From the NCBI GenBank assembly GCA_965215335.1, contig CBDCDA010000001.1, forward strand, positions 1,568,001-1,632,000: DNA of 64,000 nucleotides, written 5' to 3'. Made by a program: the position numbers and the translations under genes. Numbering within the stretch: the first letter of the stretch is position 1; each line of letters opens with the position of its first letter. Shown here piece by piece: positions 9,930 to 19,756 of the stretch. The DNA comes from an uncultured Candidatus Entotheonella sp. (GTDB taxonomy: Bacteria; Tectomicrobia; Entotheonellia; Entotheonellales; Entotheonellaceae). Below the pieces are notes generated by a model that ran no database searches, was not told the origin of the DNA, and saw only the letters and a list, made by a program, of their open reading frames with translations.

Positions 9930-11084
9930 TCAGGGGGTCAGCCAAGCCGACGCCAAACGGGCTGCTTCGGCATAAACCAGGCGCACCGGAACGCCATGCT
10001 GCCGCGCTGCCTGCTTGCAGGCGTCGTACTCCGGTGCCGCCTGCACGATGCGGCCGTCCAGGGTGCCGCACTTCACGGCAACAGAGCCGTAGCGGGTGTC
10101 GACGTGACGGTGAAACCGCTCCAGCTTGTGGCGCCACGCTTCGTGCACGCGCACGCCAAAGCTCGACGTGTGCTCCAACATCAGGCGCGAGAGGTCGTCG
10201 ACGCGTGCGAGGGGCGACAGCACCGTCAGCTTGTTGGCGGGCCGGTTTTTCTTCATGAACAGCGGCGTCAGGGTGACGTCCAGGGCGCCGCGGGCAAAGA
10301 GGCACTCGAAGACGGCCTCGTAAAGCTCCGGGTTCATGTCGTCGATGTGGGTTTCAATGACGCCGATCCGTTCGGCGTCCGCCTGACCTTCCCGGTCGCC
10401 AAGCACCATTTGCAACTGCGGGGTATCCGGGGCGTCGTCCTGTGCCCCGTAGCCGGCAGCTGCGAGGGTCATGGCGGGCAACGGCCCATAACGGCTGGCG
10501 ATGGCGGTGAGGATGGTGGCACCGCCGACGGTCGTTGGTTGTCCGGCTTGTTGCTGACCGTGAACGGCTGCGCCCCGGCAGATCTCGGCGAGCAGCGGGT
10601 GCAGGGGCGATGCGTCGTCGGTCTGACCGCCGAGCGGCAGGGGCGCCGCCACGACTTCATCGACGTCCAGCTCTTCCAGCGCCAGGACGACGCCGCTGCC
10701 AATATGGACGATTTCAGGTAGATGCTCGGAGGGCGAGGCCGCGTCAACCCCATAGACACGGTCAACAGCGGCGGTATAGCGGTTCAACAAATCCCACAAG
10801 CGCCGCTTGGCCTGGTCGGCAAGCCCGCTGTCGCTGATGCGGGCGAGCAAGGCCGTCATGGATTGCCGGTTGAGGAAATCGGCGGTTGGGTCAGATGTGA
10901 GGTCGATCCGGGTGGCGGCGCCATGCGGGAGGGTGACGCGCACCGAGGATACGTGCGCGGTGGACAGGCCCAGCGACTGCCATCCCGCCTCGATGGCGGC
11001 AAGCGAGGCTCCGGCGTCCAGGCACGCGCCCAGCAGCAAGGAGGCGCTGAGGCCACCGTGACCATGTACATGAGCGATACGCAT
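9930..11084 (-). CDS. larC: LarC-family nickel insertion protein (N-terminal domain divergent)
   Basis: C-terminal half has ETHIDDMNPE, GALDV, MKKNRP, TSSFGVR, PEYD; lies directly downstream of larB. Confidence 0.82.
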   Translation of the reverse strand: MRIAHVHGHGGLSASLLLGACLDAGASLAAIEAGWQSLGLSTAHVSSVRVTLPHGAATRIDLTSDPTADFLNRQSMTALLARISDSGLADQAKRRLWDLLNRYTAAVDRVYGVDAASPSEHLPEIVHIGSGVVLALEELDVDEVVAAPLPLGGQTDDASPLHPLLAEICRGAAVHGQQQAGQPTTVGGATILTAIASRYGPLPAMTLAAAGYGAQDDAPDTPQLQMVLGDREGQADAERIGVIETHIDDMNPELYEAVFECLFARGALDVTLTPLFMKKNRPANKLTVLSPLARVDDLSRLMLEHTSSFGVRVHEAWRHKLERFHRHVDTRYGSVAVKCGTLDGRIVQAAPEYDACKQAARQHGVPVRLVYAEAARLASAWLTP

Positions 11085-11092
11085 GCTTGCCC

Positions 11093-11866
11093 TCACGCGG
11101 CGTCGTGCGGCGGCCTTTCCCCGATCAGATTGATGGTATGGGCCATGTAGCCGGCCCCGAAGCCGTTGTCGATGTTCACCACGGCCACCCCGGAGGCGCA
11201 ACTGTTCAGCATGGCCAGCAGCGGCGCCAGCCCCTGGAAATGGGCGCCGTACCCGACGCTGGTAGGCACCGCGATGACGGGCTTGTCCACCAGGCCACCC
11301 ACCACGCTTGGCAGCGCGCCCTCCATGCCGGCGACGACCACGATCACCCTGGCCGACACCAGCAGGTCCCGCTTCGCCAGGAGACGATGCAACCCCGCCA
11401 CGCCCACGTCGTACGCTGTCTGCACGGTGCTTCCCAGGGCGCGGGCGGTGACCGCGGCTTCCTCGGCGACGGGCAGATCAGACGTGCCGGCAGCGGCGAC
11501 CAGGGCCATCCCGTCCGTCGCCTTGCCGGGTTCGTGCCGCATCACCACGGTGCGCGCGATGGCGTTGTATTCGGCACGCGGATCCAGAGCGAGGAGGGCT
11601 TCGGCGGCTTCCGGCGACACCCGCGTAGCGAGCAGGTCGTTGTTCTGGTTGAGGATGCGTTCGGCGATGGCCGTAACCTGGTCCACCGTCTTGCCGGCCC
11701 CGTAGATGACCTCCGGAACGCCCTGCCGCAGGCTGCGGTGGTGGTCGACATGCGCAAAGCCCAGGTCCTCGTAGGGCAGGAAGCGAAGCTGGGCAAGCCC
11801 CTCCTCGGGGGTGGTGCTTCCGGCGGCGATGCGGTGCAACAGATCGGCCAGTTGTTCGCGGTTCAC
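11093..11866 (-). CDS. larB: Nickel-pincer cofactor biosynthesis protein LarB
   Basis: DHHRSLRQGVPEVIYGAGKT, AGTSDLPVAEEA, DVGVAGLHRL, AGMEGALPSVVGG, PTSVGYG, VNIDNGFGAG. Confidence 0.95.
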   Translation of the reverse strand: MNREQLADLLHRIAAGSTTPEEGLAQLRFLPYEDLGFAHVDHHRSLRQGVPEVIYGAGKTVDQVTAIAERILNQNNDLLATRVSPEAAEALLALDPRAEYNAIARTVVMRHEPGKATDGMALVAAAGTSDLPVAEEAAVTARALGSTVQTAYDVGVAGLHRLLAKRDLLVSARVIVVVAGMEGALPSVVGGLVDKPVIAVPTSVGYGAHFQGLAPLLAMLNSCASGVAVVNIDNGFGAGYMAHTINLIGERPPHDAA

Positions 11867-12891
11867 GGCATCGGTTCCTCGTGCTTCAGGGTGCGCGTCA
11901 TCAGTTTCATCACCGCCTCGCGGGGTGAGAGGTGCCCTTGCAGGAGGGCGTTGACCTTCTCCGCGATCGGCATTTCCACGTGGTGGCGGGCGGCCAGCGC
12001 CACCACGCAGCCGGCGGCGGTCACCCCTTCCGCCACCATGCGCATGGGCGACAGAATGGCGGGCAGATTTCTGCCCTGCCCAAGCTGTACGCCGACGCTG
12101 TGGTTGCGGCTGCGCCGCCCCGTGCAGGTCAACACCAGATCGCCAAGACCGGACAGACCGGCAAAGGTCTGCGCGCGGGCGCCCATGGTGACGCCGAGCT
12201 GCGTCATCTCGGCCAGGCTGCGGGTGATGAGGGCGGCGCGGGTATTGGCGCCGAGGTCAAGCCCGTCGCAGACGCCGGCCGCTAACGCCATGACGTTCTT
12301 CAGGGCGCCGCCGAGCTCGACGCCGATCACGTCGGTGCTGGTATAGACCCGGAACGCCGACGTGCTGAACATCCGCTGTACCGTCTCGGCGAGGCAGCGG
12401 TTGCGGGCCGCGGCTACCACGGCAGTGGGCGCCTTGTTGCTGACCTCGTGGGCGAAGGACGGGCCGGACAATACGGCCACGTCAATGGACTTGCCGGCAG
12501 GCAGCGTGTCCTGCAAGACCTGCGACATGGTGAGCAGCGACTTGGCCTCAAGGCCCTTGGTCGCGCTCACTAATATGGCGTCCTCGGGAAGCAGTGGCGC
12601 CATCAGCCGCCAGACGGTTCGCAACGCGTGCGACGGCAGCGCGGAGATGAAGACACTGGCTCCCTGGATGACCGTCTCAATATCGTTGGTTGGCGTGACC
12701 CGCGCTTGCAGCGCAACGCCCGGCAGGTACGGGGCGTTTTCCCGCTCGCTTTCCAGGCGGCGAGCCAATTGCTCGTCGCGCGCCCATAGCGTTACCGGGT
12801 GGCCGCGCTCGGCGAGGTGATTGGCCAGCGCCGTGCCCCAGGAACCGGCGCCGACCACCGCCACACGTTCTCGCTCAACCCGTTGGTTCAT
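11863..12891 (-). CDS. gpsA: NAD(P)H-dependent glycerol-3-phosphate dehydrogenase
   Basis: GAGSWGTALA, SATKGLE, LSGPSFAHEV, GVELGGALKNV, GLGDLVLTC, SRN, VAEGV. Confidence 0.96.
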   Translation of the reverse strand: MNQRVERERVAVVGAGSWGTALANHLAERGHPVTLWARDEQLARRLESERENAPYLPGVALQARVTPTNDIETVIQGASVFISALPSHALRTVWRLMAPLLPEDAILVSATKGLEAKSLLTMSQVLQDTLPAGKSIDVAVLSGPSFAHEVSNKAPTAVVAAARNRCLAETVQRMFSTSAFRVYTSTDVIGVELGGALKNVMALAAGVCDGLDLGANTRAALITRSLAEMTQLGVTMGARAQTFAGLSGLGDLVLTCTGRRSRNHSVGVQLGQGRNLPAILSPMRMVAEGVTAAGCVVALAARHHVEMPIAEKVNALLQGHLSPREAVMKLMTRTLKHEEPMP

Positions 12892-12892
12892 C

Positions 12893-13486
12893 TTATGCCT
12901 CCATGGTGGTCAGCAAGCCACCATGGACGGGTCCAGGGGCATCGCCGTTGTGCATCAGCACGAAGGACCCGGTTCCGTAGGTGTTCTTGACCATGCCGGG
13001 GGCGAACACGCCTGCCCGAAGAGGGTGCCCTGCTGGTCGCCGATGACGCCGCCGATGGGCAGCGCGGCGCCGTCGAAGCAGGCGGTGACGCCGAAATCGC
13101 CGCTGGAGTCCCGCACCTCTGGCAGGAGGCTCGCCGGGATGTCCAGGGCGCGCAGAATGTCGTCGTCCCACGCGTCGGTGTGGATTGTATAGCATCGTTC
13201 GGGAGGCATTGGAAGCGTCGGTGCCGTGCAGCCGGCGCGCGCCGGGCACGTGGTCGAGAAGCCAGCGAACCTTGGTGGCCGAGAAATAGGCATCCAGCAC
13301 CAGGCCGGTGCGCTGCCGGATGTCCGCCTCATAACCCTGTGCCCGCAGCGCCTCGACGAGCGGCGCGGTGCGGCGGCATTGCCAGACGATGGCGGGGGCT
13401 ATCGGCTTGCCGCTGCGGCGGTCGAACAGCAGGGCGCGGGAGCTGCTGGTGTCTTGGTCGAGGGCCAGGATGTATTGTTCTGCCAT
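12893..13486 (-). pseudogene. glpK: Glycerol kinase pseudogene (internal deletions, frameshifts, truncated)
   Basis: Ordered GlpK blocks: YILALDQDTSSSRA / AIVWQCRRT / TGLVLDAYFSATKVRWLLD / TDASNASRTMLYN, then shifted frame WDDDIL...LLPEVRDSS...GDQQGTLFGQ, then back to GMVKNTYGTGSFVLM. Only ~600 bp against ~1.5 kb for a full gene. Confidence 0.9.
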
Positions 13487-13490
13487 TCTG

Positions 13491-14630
13491 TCAGGATGCG
13501 CGCGCGAAGACCCGTATGCTGATGGACGGGTCGGTGAGGTGGTCGGGAAACGGGCGATAAGGCGCCGCGCGCCGCACGGCTTTGAGCAGCGCCTGGTCGA
13601 TTTCCTTGTAGCCCGACGAGCGTAGCAGGATGCTCTCGCTCAACTTGCCGTTGCGCTGCACGGTGAAGCCGACGATGGGCACGCCGACGGGGCGGTCCGG
13701 GACGAGGTACGGGATGCTGAACATCAGTTCGATCTGGCGCTGCATGACGAGCAGGTATGATACGTGATTGAGGCCGAACGACGCGATGGAGCGGAATTTG
13801 CCACCCTCGCCGGGGGCACCCCCGCCTTCCCCGGCCTGCTCCGGGCCTGCCTCGTAGACGCCCGGCGCGTCGAAGCCGGGCAGGCGGCGGTGCGCGTCCA
13901 GTAGCGCCAGGTGCTCGCCGATGGCCCGCTGTGCGTCCTGCTTCGTCATGCCCTTCGCCGCTTGCCGGCGCCGCAGCATCGCAAGCTCTTCCTGGAGGGT
14001 CATTTTGTAACGGGGGTCCTGCAGCATCGGTTTCAAGGTCAAGGGACGCGGCTGTTCCGAGGTCGGTTTGGGGGGCTCCACCGGCTTGGGCAGGACGGGT
14101 TGCCGGGAAGGTGGCGGAACCAGCCGCGCAACGGTCGTGGCGGTCGCGGGCGGCTGTGAGGGCGCCGGCAGGTCGCGGGGCCGGGCGTCGCCCTGCACGC
14201 TGTGGCGCTCCGGGAGGTTCAGTTCCGGCGGCATGTCGGGAGGAGTTGGTCCCGCCGGTTTTATCGTGCCACTCTTTCCGGGTCCGATGTCCTGCGCCGC
14301 GCTATCGTAGCGCGACACGATCCGCGCTTCAGCGGGTCGCTCCTGGGGCGCCGGTTCGGGAAGATCAACGACCAGACCGCCCTGTCGGGGTGGTACGGAA
14401 GCGGGTTCGGGTCGTTTTTCGGGAGCCGGCTCCGGGTCCGATTCTTCAGGCGGCGCTTGCACGGGCTCGGGCACGGCGGCCGGTGGCATCCCCACAAAAC
14501 GGACGGCGACGGGAACCGGTGGCGGGTCATACGATGGCAGGGAGCGCCACAGTAACGGCAGGTGAGCGTGGATGACCACGGACAAGAGCAAGAATATGCA
14601 GAGTCGTAATCGGGATTTTCTCATGCTCAT
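13491..14630 (-). CDS. TonB/TolA-family energy transducer (N-terminal TM anchor, Pro-rich linker, TonB C-terminal domain)
   Basis: LLSVVIHA TM motif, long Pro-rich region, FTVQRNGKL...RSSGYKEIDQALLKAVRRAAPYRPFP. Confidence 0.8.
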   Translation of the reverse strand: MSMRKSRLRLCIFLLLSVVIHAHLPLLWRSLPSYDPPPVPVAVRFVGMPPAAVPEPVQAPPEESDPEPAPEKRPEPASVPPRQGGLVVDLPEPAPQERPAEARIVSRYDSAAQDIGPGKSGTIKPAGPTPPDMPPELNLPERHSVQGDARPRDLPAPSQPPATATTVARLVPPPSRQPVLPKPVEPPKPTSEQPRPLTLKPMLQDPRYKMTLQEELAMLRRRQAAKGMTKQDAQRAIGEHLALLDAHRRLPGFDAPGVYEAGPEQAGEGGGAPGEGGKFRSIASFGLNHVSYLLVMQRQIELMFSIPYLVPDRPVGVPIVGFTVQRNGKLSESILLRSSGYKEIDQALLKAVRRAAPYRPFPDHLTDPSISIRVFARAS

Positions 14631-14702
14631 CCACGCCAGAACGGTGCCCGATGCTCAGACGGCATGCCCTTACACGGAACGACTCATCCCTGGAAGGTCT
14701 TA

Positions 14703-15095
<393 letters not shown>

Positions 15096-16382
15096 TCACT
15101 CGCCAGACGCGACGTGTCGCAGCGCGAGCCGCCCTATGTCACGCCGGAAGTGCCGGCCCGGCCACTGAATGCACTCGACTGCCCGGTACGCCCCGGCAAT
15201 CGCCTCGGCGATGCCGGCGGCCCGCGCGGTGACGCCGAGTACGCGGCCGCCGCTGGTTACCAGGCGCCCGTTCCGCTCGTCCGTGCCGGCATGAAAGACC
15301 CACGCATTCGGCCGACCCGCCGCCGCGTCGACGCCGGTGATCGGCAGGCCGCGAGGATACGAGTCCGGATAGCCCTGCGATGCCATGACGACGCACACGG
15401 CGGCGGCGGGCAGGGACTGCGCCCGCGCGTTGCCCAGTTGCCCGCGTGCCGCGCCGTCAAGGAGAGGCAGGAGGTCATCGTCGAGCAGCATGAGCAGGGC
15501 CTGGGTCTCGGGATCGCCGAAGCGCACGTTGAATTCTATAACGTAAGGGCGGTCTTCCACAATCATCAAGCCGACGTAGAGAACGCCGCGGTATGGCATG
15601 CCGCGCGCCGCCATGCCGCCGACCGTCGGCATGACGATGTCGCCGAGAATGCGCTGCTGCAGGGCCTCGCTGACAACGGGAGCGGGGGCGTAAGCGCCCA
15701 TGCCGCCGGTATTGGGGCCCTGGTCGCCGTCGTAAGCGCGTTTGTGGTCCTGCGAGGTAGCCAGCGGCACGACGCTCTGCCCGTCCACCAGAACGTGAAA
15801 CGAAGCCTCCTCACCATCCAGGAACGCCTCCAGGACGACGCGACGGCCGGCGTCTCCGAAGATGCGGTCCTGCATGGCCTGCCGCACGGCCTGGAGCGCC
15901 TCGTCCTTATTCTGACAGACGGTGACGCCCTTCCCGGCCGCCAAGCCGTCGGCTTTGACGACCAGTGGCCCGGCATGGCGGTGGATGTAGGATTCGGCGG
16001 CGGCGAGGTCGTCGAAGGTGGCTGCGTCGGCGGTGGGGATGCCAGCTTCCAGCATGAACTGTTTGGCGAATATCTTGCTGGATTCGAGTTGGGCGGCGGC
16101 CTGCGTAGGGCCGAATACCCGCAGGCCATCGGCCTCGAATGCGTCGGTGATGCCCAGGGCCAGCGGGGCTTCCGGGCCGACGACGGTCAAATCGATTCGC
16201 TCTTCCCGGACGCAGCGCCGCAGCGCCGCGATGTCATCGACCGCAATGGCGACGTTGCGGGCCAGGCCGCGGGTGCCGGGGTTCCCGGGGGCACAGTACA
16301 GGGCGTCGAGGTGCGGGCTCTGGGCCAGCTTCCAGGTGAGGGCGTGTTCACGGCCGCCGCTGCCTACCACAAGGACTTTCAC
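15096..16382 (-). CDS. purD: Phosphoribosylamine-glycine ligase
   Basis: GSGGREHAL, VGPEAPL, KADGLAAGKGV, QDHKR, GPNTGGMGAY, EFNVRFGDPETQ. Confidence 0.97.
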   Translation of the reverse strand: MKVLVVGSGGREHALTWKLAQSPHLDALYCAPGNPGTRGLARNVAIAVDDIAALRRCVREERIDLTVVGPEAPLALGITDAFEADGLRVFGPTQAAAQLESSKIFAKQFMLEAGIPTADAATFDDLAAAESYIHRHAGPLVVKADGLAAGKGVTVCQNKDEALQAVRQAMQDRIFGDAGRRVVLEAFLDGEEASFHVLVDGQSVVPLATSQDHKRAYDGDQGPNTGGMGAYAPAPVVSEALQQRILGDIVMPTVGGMAARGMPYRGVLYVGLMIVEDRPYVIEFNVRFGDPETQALLMLLDDDLLPLLDGAARGQLGNARAQSLPAAAVCVVMASQGYPDSYPRGLPITGVDAAAGRPNAWVFHAGTDERNGRLVTSGGRVLGVTARAAGIAEAIAGAYRAVECIQWPGRHFRRDIGRLALRHVASGE

Positions 16383-16406
16383 GCTGACCGGCCTCGTTTC
16401 GTTTGC

Positions 16407-17978
16407 TTAGTGTCTGAACGCCCGCACGCCGGAGAACGCCATGACGATGCCGTGTTCGTTGGCCGCCGCGATGGTTTCCTTGTCACGCACGGAACCGCCC
16501 GGCTGGATGACCGCCTCGACGCCCGCTTCGGCGATGCGGTCCACACCGTCACGGAAGGGGAAGAAGGCGTCCGACGCCGCCACGCATCCCTTCGGGCTGC
16601 TGCGGGCTTTCATCAGCGCCATGCGGCTGGCGTCCACGCGGCTCATCTGTCCGGAGCCGATACCGACCGTTTGCGTGTCGCGCACCAGCACGACGGCGTT
16701 GGACTTGACGTGCTTGACGACCTTCCAGGCAAACAGCATCGCCTGCAGTTGCGCCGGGGTGGGCTGGCGCTCCGTGACGACGCGCAGGTCTTCGGGGGTG
16801 AGGATGGCCTGGTCGACGTCCTGCGCCAGCGCGCCACCGGCAATGCTGCGCCACTGGCGCCGGAGCCTTCGGTTGCTCGCAGGATCGGCATCCCTGCCCC
16901 AGGCTAACAGGATACGGTTGCGCTTCCGGGTCAGCAGCGCCATGGCCTGCGGGTGAAACGAAGGCGCCAGCAGGACTTCCAGGAAGCGATCGCCGATGGC
17001 CTCGGCCATGGGAGCGTCTACTTCCCGATTGCAGCTGATGACGCCGCCGGAGGCGGCGTCCGGATCGGTGTCGTAGGCGTGCTCGTATGCCTCGGCGGCG
17101 GTGGACGCCACGGCAGTGCCGCACGGCGTCTGGTGCTTCAGGATGACCACCGCCAGCTCGTCGAATTCCTGCACGGCCGCCAGCGCCGCATCGGCGTCGG
17201 CGAGATTGTTGAACGACAGTTCCTTGCCGTGCAGCTGCCGGGCCTCTATCAGGTTCGGACGTACGACTGGCACGGAGGCATACAATGCCGCGCCCTGGTG
17301 CGGATTTTCCCCGTAGCGCAGCGGGCGTTCTCGACGCAGAACCAGGGTTTCTTGCCGGGCGAAGGGAGATCCGTCGGCTTGGTCATGACCGGCGGCGCGC
17401 AGATAGTTGCCGATGGCGGTATCGTAAGCGGCTGTATGCTGAAACGTCTCCAGGGCCAATCGCTGGCGCAGGGCGAAGCTGGTGGCGCCTTCGTTCTGTC
17501 GCAAGTCCGCCAATACTTCGTCGTATTGGTGCGGCTGGCACACCACCGTCACGTCCGCGAAATTCTTGGCGGCGGCGCGCAGCATGGCCACACCGCCAAT
17601 ATCGATGTGGGAGAGCACTTCGTCGAGGGAAAGATCGTCGTTTCCGGTCATGGCCTCGAAGGGATAGAGGTTGACGACGACCAGATCAATGAGCAACAAG
17701 CCATGGGTGGCGGCGTCATCCATCTGCTCGGGCCTGTCGCGCTGGGCGAGAATTCCGCCGTGCAGGCAGGGGTGCAGGGTCTTGACCCGGCCGCCGAGCA
17801 TCTCCGGCATGCCGGTCACGTCCTCCACGGGCACGACCGGAATGCCATGATCGCGCAAGGCGGCAGCCGTGCCGCCGGTGGACAGGATGTCGATATCGTG
17901 GTGTCGTAACTGCTCCACAAAGGGAACGATGCCCGCCTTGTTCGACACACTGACGAGGGCGCGCTTGATTTTTTTCAT
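16407..17978 (-). CDS. purH: Bifunctional AICAR transformylase/IMP cyclohydrolase
   Basis: ALVSVSNK, GRVKTLHP, IDIGG, LRYGENPHQ, KHVKSNA, ASDAFFPF, QPGGSVRD. Confidence 0.97.
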   Translation of the reverse strand: MKKIKRALVSVSNKAGIVPFVEQLRHHDIDILSTGGTAAALRDHGIPVVPVEDVTGMPEMLGGRVKTLHPCLHGGILAQRDRPEQMDDAATHGLLLIDLVVVNLYPFEAMTGNDDLSLDEVLSHIDIGGVAMLRAAAKNFADVTVVCQPHQYDEVLADLRQNEGATSFALRQRLALETFQHTAAYDTAIGNYLRAAGHDQADGSPFARQETLVLRRERPLRYGENPHQGAALYASVPVVRPNLIEARQLHGKELSFNNLADADAALAAVQEFDELAVVILKHQTPCGTAVASTAAEAYEHAYDTDPDAASGGVISCNREVDAPMAEAIGDRFLEVLLAPSFHPQAMALLTRKRNRILLAWGRDADPASNRRLRRQWRSIAGGALAQDVDQAILTPEDLRVVTERQPTPAQLQAMLFAWKVVKHVKSNAVVLVRDTQTVGIGSGQMSRVDASRMALMKARSSPKGCVAASDAFFPFRDGVDRIAEAGVEAVIQPGGSVRDKETIAAANEHGIVMAFSGVRAFRH

Positions 17979-17988
17979 TCCACCTTCC

Positions 17989-18732
17989 TCATGGATCGAG
18001 TTCGCCGCGGCTGTAGCGGATGATGCCGGTCACGGCGATGGCCGCGGTTTCGGTGCGCAGACGTCGCGGTCCCAGGCTCACCGGCACAAAGTCGTGTGCC
18101 TTGGCTACGGCAACTTCGTCTTCGGAGAAGCCGCTTTCCGGCCCGACCAGAACGGCAATGGGGTACCGGTCACCTCCAGCCTCCAGCACCCGCCGTATGC
18201 CGCGCGAGTTTTCTTGTTCCCAACAAAGAATCTTGATGGGTGCCGCGTCATAGCGGGCGCAGAAAGCGGCCAATGATGACGGGGTTCCGAGTTCGAGCAA
18301 CGTCCGGCGTCCGCACTGGCCGGCCGCTGCCGTCGCGATGCGATGCCAGCGGGCCATTCTCTCGGTCATGCGCTGGCCAACGCTCCGCACCACGGACAGC
18401 TCGGTGTGAAGCGGTACCAGTGCGGACAATCCCAACTCGGAACATTTCTCGACAATCCAATCCATTTTGGCGCCCTGCGGGAGTCCCTGCCCCAGCACGA
18501 CAACCTTCTTGCAGGATGGCAGCGGCGCCAGCAGAGTCACCCGCTCGCCCTGAACAAGATCGGCCGACACGCGTGTCAAACGAACGAGACATTCCTGGCC
18601 ACTGCCATCGAACAGGCCGATCTGGTCGCCGACCCTTAAGCGCAGCACACGGGCGATATAGTGGGCTTTATCGTCTGACAGCGAGATGACGGAATCGTCA
18701 AGGGTTCCCGGGGGCACATACGCGCGGTGCAT
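17989..18732 (-). CDS. rsmE: 16S rRNA m3U1498 methyltransferase
   Basis: HYIARVLRL, KCSELG, QCGR, VGPESGF, LGPRRLRTETA. Confidence 0.93.
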   Translation of the reverse strand: MHRAYVPPGTLDDSVISLSDDKAHYIARVLRLRVGDQIGLFDGSGQECLVRLTRVSADLVQGERVTLLAPLPSCKKVVVLGQGLPQGAKMDWIVEKCSELGLSALVPLHTELSVVRSVGQRMTERMARWHRIATAAAGQCGRRTLLELGTPSSLAAFCARYDAAPIKILCWEQENSRGIRRVLEAGGDRYPIAVLVGPESGFSEDEVAVAKAHDFVPVSLGPRRLRTETAAIAVTGIIRYSRGELDP

Positions 18733-18745
18733 ACGATTCTAGAAC

Positions 18746-19678
18746 TTACTTCCCCGCCGCATCCCGTATGGGCTGGGCAGCCAGGGCAATCCAGCCGTCC
18801 GTCAGCATGCGGGAGCGGATGCCCAACCCGGCTGCTTTGAGCGACGCTGTCAACGTGGCTTCCTGCGGGGCAATAATTCCCGACACGATCAGGGTGCCTC
18901 CCAGCTTCAGACGACGGCGCAGGGTTTGCATCATTTCGACCAACGGCCCAAGAAAAATGTTCGCCACGATCATGTCGAATGGTCCAGGGGCAGCGTCGCA
19001 CCAGCCGGAGATGAATTGCGTTTGATCCTGCAAGTCATTCGCCGCGGCGTTGTCGACCGCCACGGCGGTCGCCTGCGGATCCACGTCTACGCCGACTGCG
19101 GCGTGCAAGCCGAGCCGCAGAGCGGTCAGCGACAGGATACCGGAGCCACAGCCTGCGTCAAGAAGGTTGCCACCTTGATGCTGCGCGGCGTAGTCGGCCA
19201 GCATGTCCAGGCACATGCGCGTGGTTGGGTGCGTGCCGGTCCCGAAGGCCAGGCCCGGATCGATGGTCAGGCAAGCCTTGTCGTGCGGTATGGGTGAGGT
19301 ATCCCAGGAAGGGCGAATGAGCAAGCGGTCATCCACCCAGAAGGGATGAAAGAAGTCCTGCCACTGGGTCAGGTATCGCTGATCGCTCAGCTTGCAGCAG
19401 TACAAGGTCCAGGGCAGGGGTGTTTCAGAGCCGGCACCGGCAGCCATGAATCGCTGCAAGGCGGCGAGTCGTGTCAAGAGTTCTTCATGCCCTGCGAACG
19501 CCGTCTGCAGGACCGTCGAGCCTTGCGAGTAAAGCGTGTGGTCCACGCAGGGCTCGCAGGCCGACAGTCTGGTGTGCTCATGGACAACGACCGCCGTCGA
19601 ATCCAGGCGGTCCAGGTAAGCGCTGACCGCATCGCTTGTATGCACCGGCGTTTGCACGTAAACGTTCCACCACTGCAT
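18746..19678 (-). CDS. prmA: Ribosomal protein L11 methyltransferase
   Basis: IDPGLAFGTGTHPTT, LDAGCGSGILS, VANI, SGI. Start uncertain (ATG 19678, or up to 19744). Confidence 0.92.
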   Translation of the reverse strand: MQWWNVYVQTPVHTSDAVSAYLDRLDSTAVVVHEHTRLSACEPCVDHTLYSQGSTVLQTAFAGHEELLTRLAALQRFMAAGAGSETPLPWTLYCCKLSDQRYLTQWQDFFHPFWVDDRLLIRPSWDTSPIPHDKACLTIDPGLAFGTGTHPTTRMCLDMLADYAAQHQGGNLLDAGCGSGILSLTALRLGLHAAVGVDVDPQATAVAVDNAAANDLQDQTQFISGWCDAAPGPFDMIVANIFLGPLVEMMQTLRRRLKLGGTLIVSGIIAPQEATLTASLKAAGLGIRSRMLTDGWIALAAQPIRDAAGK

Positions 19679-19756
19679 CCAGGTCACCGGTTTCAATAGT
19701 CGGGAGATTCCAGAGGAACGCCGCAGCTGAGGCGGGTGTGTCAAAGGCTTGGAACG

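Noticed and set aside
9688..10305. Apparent N-terminal extension of the PIG-L deacetylase (441-aa ORF)
   Set aside because: Overlaps larC in another frame; homology begins at ATG 9687.
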